Origin: an uncultured virus (IMG/VR IMGVR_UViG_3300005764_000014)
Taxonomy: Duplodnaviria > Heunggongvirae > Uroviricota > Caudoviricetes
Length of the DNA: 64,000 nucleotides
Direction: 5' to 3' (one strand)
Virus record (IMG/VR): IMGVR_UViG_3300005764_000014
Shown here: positions 18,867 through 28,193 of the stretch, one piece after another
How the letters are laid out: every line of letters begins with the position of its first letter
Numbering within the stretch: position 1 is the first letter of the stretch
The notes under the pieces: model-generated
Databases searched by the model: none
Told to the model about the DNA's origin: nothing
Seen by the model: only the letters and a program-made list of their open reading frames with translations
Made by a program: the position numbers and the translations under genes

Positions 18867-19982
18867 ATGACCGAGCCTGTGCCTGACCCGAGTATCCCGG
18901 CTGACCCCAGCGCGCCGGTCACCCCGGACGTTCCGGCTCCGCCTGACGCCCCGCCGCCGGACGGCCAGGCCCCGCCTGCAGACGCCCCAGTGCCGCCGCC
19001 AGATCCGGCCCCGGATACGCCGCCAGCGCAGCCAGCACCTGATCCCATTCCAGCCCCGCCAGATCAGCCACCGCCGCCAGATCCGAGCGAACCTCCCCCG
19101 CCGGACGCCGCAGCGCCCGTGCCAGATCCGTCAGCGCCTGATCCCGGTCCATCTACGGATGCGCCCCCGGATCAGGGCGTCCCCCCGGACTCCGGTACAT
19201 CCCCGCCCCCTGACCCAGCGCCGCCCCCAGATCAGCCAGATGCTGGCTCCACAGACGCCCCCACTCCGCCACCGCCTGCTCCACCTGAGCCACCCACCGC
19301 TCCAGATCAGCCCCCGGACGCCCCGCCCGGCCAGGACCCAGGATCTGCCACAGCCCCACCGGATGCGGCCCCACCGCCGGACGCCCAGCCTCCGTCACCG
19401 GATCAGCCGCCTGACGCCAGCGGTCAGCCGCCGCCTGACACTCCGCCTCCAGATCAGCCACCGGATCAGCCTGTCACACCGGACGTGCCCCCGGCTCCCC
19501 CGGACGCCGGGCCCCCCGAGCCCGAGCCGCCGCCTGGCGCTCCGCCGCTGCCGGCCCCCGACCCGGTGGTCACTCCCGCGCCGCCGGCTCCCCCGGACGC
19601 CCCCGCCCCCGAGCCACCGGATGCGCCCGCCCCGGATGCGCCGCCCGCGCCCCCGGACCCGGGCCCGCCGCCGGCCCCCGAGCCGCCGGTGCCCTGGCCG
19701 GGCCCGGACGCGCCGCTGGCCCCTGCCGGCACGGCGGCCAGCAACGAGAACCCGCTGCTGCCGCACACCCCCGCCGCGGCCAGCGCCCGCGGCGCGGCGC
19801 TGCTGCAGTTGATCTACGCGGCGGCCACCGACCCCGAGGCCGACCCCGCGAAGGCCCTCACCTACATCGCCGGGATGGCGCAGGCCGGTATTTCCGACGT
19901 CGGCCGGTTCGCCCCCGCGGCGATGCGGCAGGCCGCCGCCGAGCAGGCGGCGCAGATGGCCGCTGACGCCGCCCCCGACTAG
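18867..19982 (+). CDS. Pro/Asp/Ala-rich low-complexity protein
   Basis: About 290 aa of PPDxPP repeats followed by a helical C-terminal region. Confidence 0.7.
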   Translation: MTEPVPDPSIPADPSAPVTPDVPAPPDAPPPDGQAPPADAPVPPPDPAPDTPPAQPAPDPIPAPPDQPPPPDPSEPPPPDAAAPVPDPSAPDPGPSTDAPPDQGVPPDSGTSPPPDPAPPPDQPDAGSTDAPTPPPPAPPEPPTAPDQPPDAPPGQDPGSATAPPDAAPPPDAQPPSPDQPPDASGQPPPDTPPPDQPPDQPVTPDVPPAPPDAGPPEPEPPPGAPPLPAPDPVVTPAPPAPPDAPAPEPPDAPAPDAPPAPPDPGPPPAPEPPVPWPGPDAPLAPAGTAASNENPLLPHTPAAASARGAALLQLIYAAATDPEADPAKALTYIAGMAQAGISDVGRFAPAAMRQAAAEQAAQMAADAAPD

Positions 19983-20047
19983 GGGACGGCCCGGCGCTGG
20001 AACAGCGGGGACTGGAGCCGGGCCGTCCTCTACCCCCGCGAGGAGGC

Positions 20048-20773
20048 ATGATGCAGCGCAAGGGTGAGGGGCCGCTGCTGTGCGGCTCCCCGGCCCGCAC
20101 CGGCGGGCCGTGCGGCAACCACGAGGTCGACGGCCTGGGCGCGTGCGTGCTGCATGTGCCCGACGACCTCCTCGATGAGGCCGAGCAGGTGACCGGCTAC
20201 CGCCGCTGCCGGACGCGGTTCGGCCAGCCGGACGCCTGCCGTATCCGGGGGGTGAAGGGCAGCAACCCGCCGCGGTGCAAGGACCACGGCGCGCACCAGG
20301 GCAGCTTCCTGTCCAAGCAGGCCGCCAGCAACGTGGTCGAGGGCCGGGTGGCCGACCGGATCACCGAGATCATGTCCTCCCACGGGGACCGGCTGCTGGA
20401 GCCGTCCCCGGTCGGCAACCCCCTGTCCGAGCTGCTGGCCCTCGCGGGGGAGATGGCCGAGTGGAAGAAGATCATGCAGGAGATCGTCGCCTACCTGCTG
20501 TCCAGGGACCGGGTCCGGTATGCCCACGACCGGGTCGGTGAGCAGTTGCGCGCCGAAGTGCTGATCTACGAGCGGGCGATCGAGCGGCTGGCGAGCCTGC
20601 TGGTGAAGATCGCCAAGCTGGGCATCGCCCAGCAACTGGTGAAGATCGAGGCCGACCAGGTGCGGCTGATCGAGCGGGCCCTGGACGTGGTCCTGGCCAA
20701 GCGCGGCCTGGGCCTGGTCGAGCAGGAGGAGGCCCGGCAGGAACTGGCGGCCGAGCTGGCCAGGGCGGGCTGA
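20048..20773 (+). CDS. terS: Probable terminase small subunit (HGGxSTG-like Cys/His motifs)
   Basis: Two C..C..CxxH units followed by a helical region; strong RBS; upstream of TerL. Confidence 0.6.
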   Translation: MMQRKGEGPLLCGSPARTGGPCGNHEVDGLGACVLHVPDDLLDEAEQVTGYRRCRTRFGQPDACRIRGVKGSNPPRCKDHGAHQGSFLSKQAASNVVEGRVADRITEIMSSHGDRLLEPSPVGNPLSELLALAGEMAEWKKIMQEIVAYLLSRDRVRYAHDRVGEQLRAEVLIYERAIERLASLLVKIAKLGIAQQLVKIEADQVRLIERALDVVLAKRGLGLVEQEEARQELAAELARAG

Positions 20774-21015
20774 TGAGCCGCCGGTTCACCGCCTACCGTG
20801 CCGAGCCCCCGGCGGGCTACGTCGAGGGCGGCTATGCCAACCCGCCCGAGCTGCCGCAGTTCGAGGGCGTGGAGTTCTCCGACGGCACGGTGTGCCTGCG
20901 CTGGCTGACCGAGCACCGGTCGCACAGCGTGTGGGCCTCGATGGCCGAGATGCTGGCCGTCCACGGCCACCCGGAGTACGGCAGCAAGATCGTCTGGCAC
21001 GACGATGGCCCGTAG
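20773..21015 (+). CDS. Small phage hypothetical protein
   Basis: EGVEFSDGTVCLRW..HGH. Confidence 0.7.
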   Translation: MSRRFTAYRAEPPAGYVEGGYANPPELPQFEGVEFSDGTVCLRWLTEHRSHSVWASMAEMLAVHGHPEYGSKIVWHDDGP

Positions 21016-22636
21016 GCCCCCCGCCCTGCTGACCCGGGTGTACGCCGGGCGCGGGGCGGGCGGGTACACCGACCCGCGGCTGGTGTGGCGGCTGGGCGAC
21101 AAGGCCGGCCGCAAGGCCCGCCCCGAGCAGTTGCTGCCGCCGGTCTCCGACCCGTGGCGGGTGGTCTACTTCCAGGGCGGCCGGGGGTCCGGCAAGACCC
21201 GCGCCGGCTCCCAGGGCCTGGCCGAGTGGGTCCTCGATGACACCGAGGGCGAAGGCGAGTACGGCATTATCGCGCCGACCTACGCCGACGCCTGGACCAA
21301 GTGCGTCGAGGGCAAGGCGGGCATCCTGCGGGCGCTGGGGACCACGATGGCCGAGATCAAGGACCACCGGTCCAAGACCGTCCGCTCCGCCTGGCGGACC
21401 TACGGCCAGGTGGTGCTGCACAACGGGATCGTGATCTACATCGACTCCGCGGCCGAGGGCGGGCTGCGCATCCAGGGCCGCAACCTGAAGGGGGCCTGGT
21501 GCGACGAGATCGGCCTGTGGGAGAAGTGGGAGACCGCGTGGGACGAGTCGCTGCGCTACGCGGTGCGCGACGGCATCTCCAAGATCATCGCCACCGGCAC
21601 GCCGAAGGCCGCCCGCCCGGCGCGCAAGCTGGTCCGGCGGATGATCCGCAACGACCCCGGCGAGGGCGGGGTGATCGTCCGCCGGCTCCGCACCGTCGAC
21701 AACGCGGACAACCTCTCCGATGAGTTCCTGCGGGCGGTGGTCGGCGCGGCGCAGGGCACCCGGCTGGAACGCCAGGAACTCGAAGGCGAGCTGCTGGACG
21801 ACGTCGCCAACGCGCTGTGGACCCGGGACCTGCTCGACTCGATCCGGGTGGCGTACTGGCCGGCCGCGCTGCGGATGATCACCATCGGTGTGGACCCCTC
21901 CGACGGCGGCGAGACCTCCGACGAGCAGGCCTACACGGTCGCCGGCCTGGGCATGCCGATGGACGCCTGGCCGCTGTGGGTGATGGAGAACTGGGGCGGC
22001 CAGGAAGCCCCGGTGCCGTTCGCCAAGCGGGTGATCCGCCGGGCCAAGGAGCTGGAGACCGCGTTCCCCGGCTGCCCCGTCGAGCTGATCATCGAGAAGA
22101 ACCACGGCGGCGCGTGGCTGAAGGCGACCTTCGACCAGGTGGTCAAGCAGATGCGGGTCACCGTCCGGTACCGGGTGATCCACGCCTCCCAGGCCAAGCG
22201 GACCCGCGCCGAGCCGGTGTCGGCGCTGTATGAGGCGGGCGGCGGGATGGTCCGGCACTGCCACATCCCCACCGAGCGGGACGGGCACCGCATCCCCGAC
22301 CCGAACATGCCCGAGCTGGAGGACCAGCAGGCGACGTTCACCGGCGCGGCCGGGGAGCGGTCCCCCGACCGGCTCGACTCCCTGGTGTGGGCGCTGACGC
22401 CGCACCTGCGGAAGGTGTTCGGCCCGCCGGCGCACGCCCAGCCGCGGAACTGGGCGGCGGCCTCGGACCTGGAGGCCGCGGGCCAGCCGCCGGACTCGCG
22501 GCTGCGCCGCAAGCTGGCCTCGGCGCACGGTGGCCACTACGCCGGGCGGCGCTGGGATCTCGCGGACTTCGGCCCGCAGGACGACCACCAGGCCGCCCGG
22601 GGCGGCCAGCGGGGCAACGTCAAGACGTGGCGGTAA
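21005..22636 (+). CDS. terL: Terminase large subunit
   Basis: GGRGSGKT, WCDEIG, TGTP, QELEGE; nuclease motifs IGVDPS, IEKNHGG, SPDRLDS. Confidence 0.95.
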   Translation: MARRPPALLTRVYAGRGAGGYTDPRLVWRLGDKAGRKARPEQLLPPVSDPWRVVYFQGGRGSGKTRAGSQGLAEWVLDDTEGEGEYGIIAPTYADAWTKCVEGKAGILRALGTTMAEIKDHRSKTVRSAWRTYGQVVLHNGIVIYIDSAAEGGLRIQGRNLKGAWCDEIGLWEKWETAWDESLRYAVRDGISKIIATGTPKAARPARKLVRRMIRNDPGEGGVIVRRLRTVDNADNLSDEFLRAVVGAAQGTRLERQELEGELLDDVANALWTRDLLDSIRVAYWPAALRMITIGVDPSDGGETSDEQAYTVAGLGMPMDAWPLWVMENWGGQEAPVPFAKRVIRRAKELETAFPGCPVELIIEKNHGGAWLKATFDQVVKQMRVTVRYRVIHASQAKRTRAEPVSALYEAGGGMVRHCHIPTERDGHRIPDPNMPELEDQQATFTGAAGERSPDRLDSLVWALTPHLRKVFGPPAHAQPRNWAAASDLEAAGQPPDSRLRRKLASAHGGHYAGRRWDLADFGPQDDHQAARGGQRGNVKTWR

Positions 22637-22722
22637 CACACTGGTGCGCCGCGCTCCGATGCGGCAAGATTCCGCCGGAAAGCGGGGGCCGGTCCTCCGC
22701 CACCTACCGGAGGGGGAACCCC

Positions 22723-23424
22723 TTGAAACGCATCATCCTGGCCGTGCTCGCCGCAGTGGCCGCCACCGCGGCGCTGGTACTGCCCGCCGGCGCGGCCAGC
22801 GCCGGCAACCACACGATCGGCTGCGCGGTCAACCCGTTCTGCTTCGACATCTACAACACCCAGCTCGGCCCCGGCGACACGCTGAAGGTCATCGGCAATC
22901 CCGCCGCCGGGGACGCGATCAAGCTGGAGCCGCGCAACGGGCAGGACGCCGGCGACGACTCGCTGTTCATCCCGGTGGGCAACGTCACCACCACGCTGAA
23001 CTGCCCCGACCCGGCCTGCGACAATTCGGTCAACTTCCCGTTCACCGACCCGAACGTGGACCTGCAGTTCATCCAGTTCGGGGACACGCTGGTGTTCTCC
23101 GAGCAGGACGCGCCCAACGGTCACCTGGCCCAGCTTTTCTACGGCCTGAACGCCAAGGGGCAGCTCTCGCTGCAGTTCCCGGGCGTGTACGGCAGCCAGG
23201 CTTACCAGAACCGGCTGTGGGTCACCAGCCCGTTCTTCCAGATCAACGGCTCGTTCCCGGTGATCAACGTGGGCCGCACCAACGCCACCGGCATCTTCAA
23301 GGTGCTCGGTGTCAAGGACGGCGCGCTGGTCGGCGCGCGGCCCCGCATCCAGACCGGGCAGCTCGACTCGCTCGGCCAGGCCCCGGAGAACCAGGACTGG
23401 CAGATCGAGCCCAACTACCCCTGA
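22723..23424 (+). CDS. Secreted beta-rich protein (possibly ricin-like beta-trefoil), moron-like
   Basis: TTG start after GGAGGGGG; signal peptide KRIILAVLAAVAATAALVLPAGAASA; terminal NQDW (QxW). Confidence 0.7.
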   Translation: MKRIILAVLAAVAATAALVLPAGAASAGNHTIGCAVNPFCFDIYNTQLGPGDTLKVIGNPAAGDAIKLEPRNGQDAGDDSLFIPVGNVTTTLNCPDPACDNSVNFPFTDPNVDLQFIQFGDTLVFSEQDAPNGHLAQLFYGLNAKGQLSLQFPGVYGSQAYQNRLWVTSPFFQINGSFPVINVGRTNATGIFKVLGVKDGALVGARPRIQTGQLDSLGQAPENQDWQIEPNYP

Positions 23425-23435
23425 CCCCCGCCTGA

Positions 23436-23474
23436 CCGCAGCCCCGGCCGCTTCCGTGGTGGCCGGGGCTGCGG
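23436..23474 (+). terminator. 14-bp stem hairpin
   Basis: CCGCAGCCCCGGCC/GGCCGGGGCTGCGG directly after the stop codon. Confidence 0.65.
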
Positions 23475-23535
23475 CTACGCTGACCGGGTAGCAGGCGCTC
23501 TCCGTCCCCGCGGAGCCCCGTGCGGGAGGCGAGCG

Positions 23536-25116
23536 ATGGCACCCAGGGCGGATACGGCCAAGCTGCTGCCCTTCCCCGACCTGCGGCCCCAGCAGCGGCG
23601 TGACCTGCTCGGCGGCGAGCTGGGCACCAGCTTCGACATGATGGGCCAGCGGCTGTTCGCCTACTACGGCGCGGGCGACGTGTTCGACTACGGCGAGTGG
23701 ACCAGCCGGGACATGAAGGCGATGTTCCGCCGCGACGGGATCTGCTCCGCCGTCGAGATGGTGCTCACGCTGCCGATCCGCGAGGCGGACTACTCGATCC
23801 AGCCGGCCCACGGCGACAAGGGTGAGGCCGAGTTCGTCAACTCCGTGATCATGACCCCGGACTCCGACGGCGGCATGCAGACCACCGCGCAGGAGCTGGT
23901 CGGCCAGGTGACCAGCGCGCAGATCTTCCGCAAGTCGCACTTCGAGAAGGTCTGGAAGATCCGCGACGACGACGGCAAGATCATCTACGACAAGATCGCG
24001 TTCCGGCCGCCGGCCACCTGCCAGTCCCGGTACAACCAGCGCACCGGGGCGCAGAACGGGTTCCGCCAGCAGGTGTGGATGTTCGGCGGCAATCTCGCGC
24101 AGGTGCAGACCGACCGCCACCACCAGGTGCCTGGTTATGTTGACATCCCCGAGATCCGGTCGTTCATTCACGTCAACGGAAAGCACCGGGAGCCGATGAC
24201 CGGCCTTTCCGAAATGGACATCTGCTATTGGTGCTACCAGACGAAGATGAAATTGCTCTTTCTCTGGTATCACTTCCTCGAAAACACCGCGCTGCCGCGG
24301 GTGCTGGTGTACGGCAACGACCAGCCCGAGGCCAACCAGCGCGCCGACGACGTGGCCGCGCTGAAGTCCTCCGGGGTGGTCGGCCTGGTGCACCCCGAGA
24401 CCGGGCAGCACGCCTTCGACGTGCTCCAGGGCGACCCGAAGGGCGGGGAGTTCTTCAAGGACGCGATGACCTGGCTGGAGTCCTGGCAGACGCACAGCGT
24501 GCTGGCGGGGTTCATGGCCCTCACCGGCAGTGCCACGGGCGGCAGGGGCTCCTACGCGCTGTCCCAGGACCAGTCCAGCTTCTACCTCAAATCCCGCCAG
24601 GCGGTCGCCAAGGAGATCGCGGACTCGATCACCCACGACGTGATCCGGCCGCTGGTGCTGCTGAACTTCGGCACCGGAGCCAAGTACCCCAAGTGGAAGT
24701 TCGGCCCGCTGCAGGATGAGCAGATCGCCGCGCTGCTGACGATGTTCCAGACCCTGGCCGCCGCGCCGGCGCTGCACATCCCGCTGCAGGTGCTCGACCT
24801 GATCACCGAGCGGATGGCCTCGATCCTGCAGCTCGACATCGACCAGGTGCACCAGGCGCTGACCTCCTCGGCCAACCAGCGGGCCGAGCAGCTCATGGCC
24901 TCCGCGCCGCCGGGGATGCCGCAGCAGGCGGCTGGGCAGCTCGGCGCGCTGAACGGGATGGCGAACGCGGCCACCAACATCGCCGCGCAGGCCGCCCAGC
25001 GCGGCGGCCTGCCCCGCCAGGCCGGGCCGCCGCAGCCCGGTGCCCAGCGCGCCGCGCCGGGGCCGGGCCGCCCGCCGGGGCCGCCGCAAGTACCGCCTCC
25101 GGGGAGGATGGCATGA
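23536..25116 (+). CDS. Portal protein (Mu gp29/DUF935-like)
   Basis: Follows TerL; SHFEKVW, GSYALS and IRPLVLLNFG motifs. Confidence 0.9.
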   Translation: MAPRADTAKLLPFPDLRPQQRRDLLGGELGTSFDMMGQRLFAYYGAGDVFDYGEWTSRDMKAMFRRDGICSAVEMVLTLPIREADYSIQPAHGDKGEAEFVNSVIMTPDSDGGMQTTAQELVGQVTSAQIFRKSHFEKVWKIRDDDGKIIYDKIAFRPPATCQSRYNQRTGAQNGFRQQVWMFGGNLAQVQTDRHHQVPGYVDIPEIRSFIHVNGKHREPMTGLSEMDICYWCYQTKMKLLFLWYHFLENTALPRVLVYGNDQPEANQRADDVAALKSSGVVGLVHPETGQHAFDVLQGDPKGGEFFKDAMTWLESWQTHSVLAGFMALTGSATGGRGSYALSQDQSSFYLKSRQAVAKEIADSITHDVIRPLVLLNFGTGAKYPKWKFGPLQDEQIAALLTMFQTLAAAPALHIPLQVLDLITERMASILQLDIDQVHQALTSSANQRAEQLMASAPPGMPQQAAGQLGALNGMANAATNIAAQAAQRGGLPRQAGPPQPGAQRAAPGPGRPPGPPQVPPPGRMA

Positions 25117-25418
25117 GTGCACCGATCGAGCAGAAGGCGGTGGCCAGCCCGGTCGCCACGCTGGTGTTCGGCTACCTGACGGGCCTGCTGATCCAGATCA
25201 TCCCGTGGCTGAAAGACAACCTCACCGCGGACCAGAAGCAGAATCTGCCGGTGGTCATCGCGTTCTTCATGGCCGCTGTCGCCGGCTACTTCGCGCCGCA
25301 CACGTCGCGGCCGGACCTGGCGCAGACGATCGAGTCGGTGGCCGACGCGGCCCTCGGTGAACAGCCGCCGCAGCCTGAGACCCCCGGGGCTGACACCCCC
25401 GACGTCCCGCACGCATGA
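25113..25418 (+). CDS. Holin-like two-TM protein
   Basis: Two hydrophobic helices; IEQK..AGYFAPHTSR resembles actinophage holins. Confidence 0.6.
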   Translation: MSAPIEQKAVASPVATLVFGYLTGLLIQIIPWLKDNLTADQKQNLPVVIAFFMAAVAGYFAPHTSRPDLAQTIESVADAALGEQPPQPETPGADTPDVPHA

Positions 25419-26125
25419 CCCAGCCGCCGCCACCGCAGCAGCCACCACCACAGCAGCCGTCCGGGTATGACCTGGCGATGGCCGCGGCGGCGGCGATAGC
25501 CACGGCGGTCACGGTGGCCGGTGCGGTCGCGGTGCTCGGCGCGATCTTCGCCGCCGCCGGCATCCGCCGCGCTGCGCTACGTTCCGCGCTGACCGTGGTG
25601 ATGGGCATGCCCCCCGAGGCCGAGGGGTTCTACGGGCCCGCCACCGCCCAGGTGGCCCGGCTGAACCTGATGCGCCGGGCGCAGTTCCTGGTGGCCAGCT
25701 CCCGGCGGTTCAACGAGGCGATGGCCCGGATCGCGGCCGGGGGAGCCGACCCCTGGGAGATCTTCGACGTGATGGCGGCCGAGCGGCGTTACTACGGCCA
25801 GCACCTGGACGCCGGCCGGAACCGGATGAAGGCCGCTGCCCAGGCCGACTCCGCGGCGATGGACTACGGCGCGCTGCTCGGCTGGTACACCAAAGTCGAC
25901 AGCCGGACCTCGCCCGAGTGCCTGGCCGCGGACAGGCACAACTTCCGGGTGGACCAGATGCCGTCGATCGGCTTCCCCGGCGCGGTGCACCTGCACTGCC
26001 GGTGTTTTCCGGGTCCGCCGTTCCCTGGCGCGGCTGTGCTGACACCTGCTAGGTTCGGTGCCCGTGGCAGGCCGGTACCTGATCGTGGACATGGGCGTAG
26101 AGCCGCCCGCGCTGGTCAGCACTGA
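25415..26125 (+). CDS. MuF-like minor head protein
   Basis: W.TKVDSRTSPEC and PGAVHLHCRC motifs; follows the portal. Confidence 0.85.
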   Translation: MTQPPPPQQPPPQQPSGYDLAMAAAAAIATAVTVAGAVAVLGAIFAAAGIRRAALRSALTVVMGMPPEAEGFYGPATAQVARLNLMRRAQFLVASSRRFNEAMARIAAGGADPWEIFDVMAAERRYYGQHLDAGRNRMKAAAQADSAAMDYGALLGWYTKVDSRTSPECLAADRHNFRVDQMPSIGFPGAVHLHCRCFPGPPFPGAAVLTPARFGARGRPVPDRGHGRRAARAGQH

Positions 26126-26606
26126 CGACATCCTGCCGGCTGTGGTTGTCCAGGCCCTCAACGAGATCAAGGAGCTGATCATGACCGATTCCGCTGCCGA
26201 GCAGCAGCAACTCAACGACCTGGGCGCTGCGATCAGTGCGGTAGGCGATCATGTGTCCTCGGCCGCGCAGACGCTGAGCGCGTGGATCACCCAGGCGCAG
26301 GCCGCGCAGGCCGCGAACCAGCCGCTGGACTTCACCGGGGCCAACACCGCGCTGGCCGGCCTGCAGGCCGCCGATGCCACCCTCGGCGGTGTGGTCAACC
26401 AGGTGCAGCCGCAGCCGCTGCCGCAGCCGGTGCCCGACCCCGGCCCGGCACCGGACCCGACCACGCAGCCGGACGCCGGTACCCCGGTGGACACCACCAC
26501 CACCCCTGACGCGGGCGGGGCCACCGACGGCACCACGGTCACCGACAGCGGCACCGACTCCACGGCAGGCCTGCCGCCGGACCCGTCAGCTCCGCCTTCT
26601 TTCTGA
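26091..26606 (+). CDS. Hypothetical helical protein with P/D/T-rich tail
   Basis: Coiled-coil-like N-terminal half. Confidence 0.65.
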   Translation: MGVEPPALVSTDDILPAVVVQALNEIKELIMTDSAAEQQQLNDLGAAISAVGDHVSSAAQTLSAWITQAQAAQAANQPLDFTGANTALAGLQAADATLGGVVNQVQPQPLPQPVPDPGPAPDPTTQPDAGTPVDTTTTPDAGGATDGTTVTDSGTDSTAGLPPDPSAPPSF

Positions 26607-26641
26607 CGACCGCCCTGCGGGCGGTCGCTGGCTGGCTGCGG

Positions 26642-27363
26642 TCACTGCTGCCTGGTGGCTAGCTGCTCCTCGATCCGGGGGGCGCAGCCGCACAGCGCCC
26701 CGGAGCGGGCGCGGGCGAACAGCTCGGCGGCGTTGTCGGCGTAGATCCCCCAGCCCCACTTGCGGCGGATCGGCGGGATGTCCTCGCGGCCGGCGAGTTC
26801 GTCTTCGAGCTGGCCGATGATGGCGATGCCCGGGTCGGAGCCGAACCAGGCCATCAGGTTCTCCAGCTCGCCCCAGCCGGCGAACGCGCCGCACAGGCAC
26901 TCCCCGGACATGTGCAAGATGTCGGCTACCTCGTTCACCGGCACGTCGCCGCACATCAGCCGGTAGGTGTTCAGGTCCAGCTTGGTCCAGGCGATCAGCG
27001 GCGACACCCACACGATCGAGTCGCGGCGCTCCAGCTCGGGCACGTCGGCGCGGCGCTTGGACTCATCCCGCCGCCGGCCCGCGACGAAGATCACCCGCTG
27101 CGTCTTGCCGTCTTTGACCAGCCACCGGCTGATCTCATACAGCGCGTGCTCTTTCAGCCGCTGGCGACCGCCAGCCGCGGGGTGGCCGCGCCGCCGTGCC
27201 AGGCGGCGATGTCGAGGGCCTGGTCGAGCATGTAGTCCGAGTGAGCGATCAGCTTCCCGACACGGGCCTCGCGCTGCGGGCGGGTCAGCGTGGCCACCTG
27301 GGCGCTGGACATCAGCAGCTCACCGGGGACGTGGCCGCCGAACTTGAAGATGGCCCGGGTCAT
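26642..27363 (-). pseudogene. Broken PAPS-reductase-like gene (internal deletion plus frameshift near 27160)
   Basis: N-terminal part ends ..LAVASG-stop; a second frame carries QRLKE, AGRRRDES.RR, SPLIAWT and HMSGECLCGAFA. The SGGxDS region is missing. Confidence 0.7.
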
Positions 27364-27364
27364 G

Positions 27365-28081
27365 TCAGTGCGCGCAGGTGGAGCACATCGCCCGGCGGTC
27401 GGACATCTTGCGCGGCCTCGGCACGTAGCCGGCCTCGAACTCCGCCCGCAGGCCGGCCAGGGACGCGGGGTGGGTGTCCCGCTGGGCTGACCGGAACGTG
27501 TGCCCGGTCATCGCCTCGTAGCCCTCGTACTTCGCCCACCGCTCGGGGTAGTCGACCCAGAGCTGCCACCACTCCCCGAGGGTCTGGAAGAAGCACGCGC
27601 CGCAGTCGGTGCGCTCGGGCACCACGATCTCGCGCTGGTCCAGGTAGCCGAGCACGTCGCCCAGGCCCCACTCCCAGTCGATCATCGGGAACAGCTTGGT
27701 GACGCCGTCACCGACCTCGATGCCGTCCCGGGCCCCGGCCTCGTCATAGCGCATGCCGACGTAGATGGTGGCCGGCTTGTGCTCGCGCAGGTAGGCCTCG
27801 AACGGGAAGATCTTCAGGTACTTGGTGCACCACCGCTGCCGCCAGTTCGGCAGCGCCTGCCAGTAGTTGATCAGCGAGTCAAGGCTGGAGCCGCTGGTCA
27901 GCCAGGTGAACTTCATGTCCAGCAGCCGCTCCAGCAGCAGCCAGTGCTCGATCATCGGCGGCAGTTCGTCGCCGGTCGGGGTGCAGATGTAGGTGTATTC
28001 CTGATCAGGGTGCAGCTCGCGCAGCCGCAGCGCCATCGCGGTCGAGTCTTTGCCCCCGGACAGGGCGACGATGTGCTCCAT
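27365..28081 (-). CDS. PAPS-reductase-family (PP-loop) protein
   Basis: VALSGGKDS, RWCT.YLKI.P, VGMRYDE, FPM.DW and CGACFFQ motifs. Confidence 0.9.
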   Translation of the reverse strand: MEHIVALSGGKDSTAMALRLRELHPDQEYTYICTPTGDELPPMIEHWLLLERLLDMKFTWLTSGSSLDSLINYWQALPNWRQRWCTKYLKIFPFEAYLREHKPATIYVGMRYDEAGARDGIEVGDGVTKLFPMIDWEWGLGDVLGYLDQREIVVPERTDCGACFFQTLGEWWQLWVDYPERWAKYEGYEAMTGHTFRSAQRDTHPASLAGLRAEFEAGYVPRPRKMSDRRAMCSTCAH

Positions 28082-28193
28082 CGGGTTCGATCCTTATCAG
28101 CGTCATGGTCCGTGGTCTAGTGTGAATCCTACCCGTGGGGTGCCGCAGCCCCGGTGTCGTCGGCCACCGGCCCTATGCTGGGACCGGAGGGCG

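Noticed and set aside
26642..28081. Complete Dnd/Ssp phosphorothioation or sulfate-assimilation operon
   Set aside because: No cysteine desulfurase, DndD/SspC-type ATPase or cys genes in the window.
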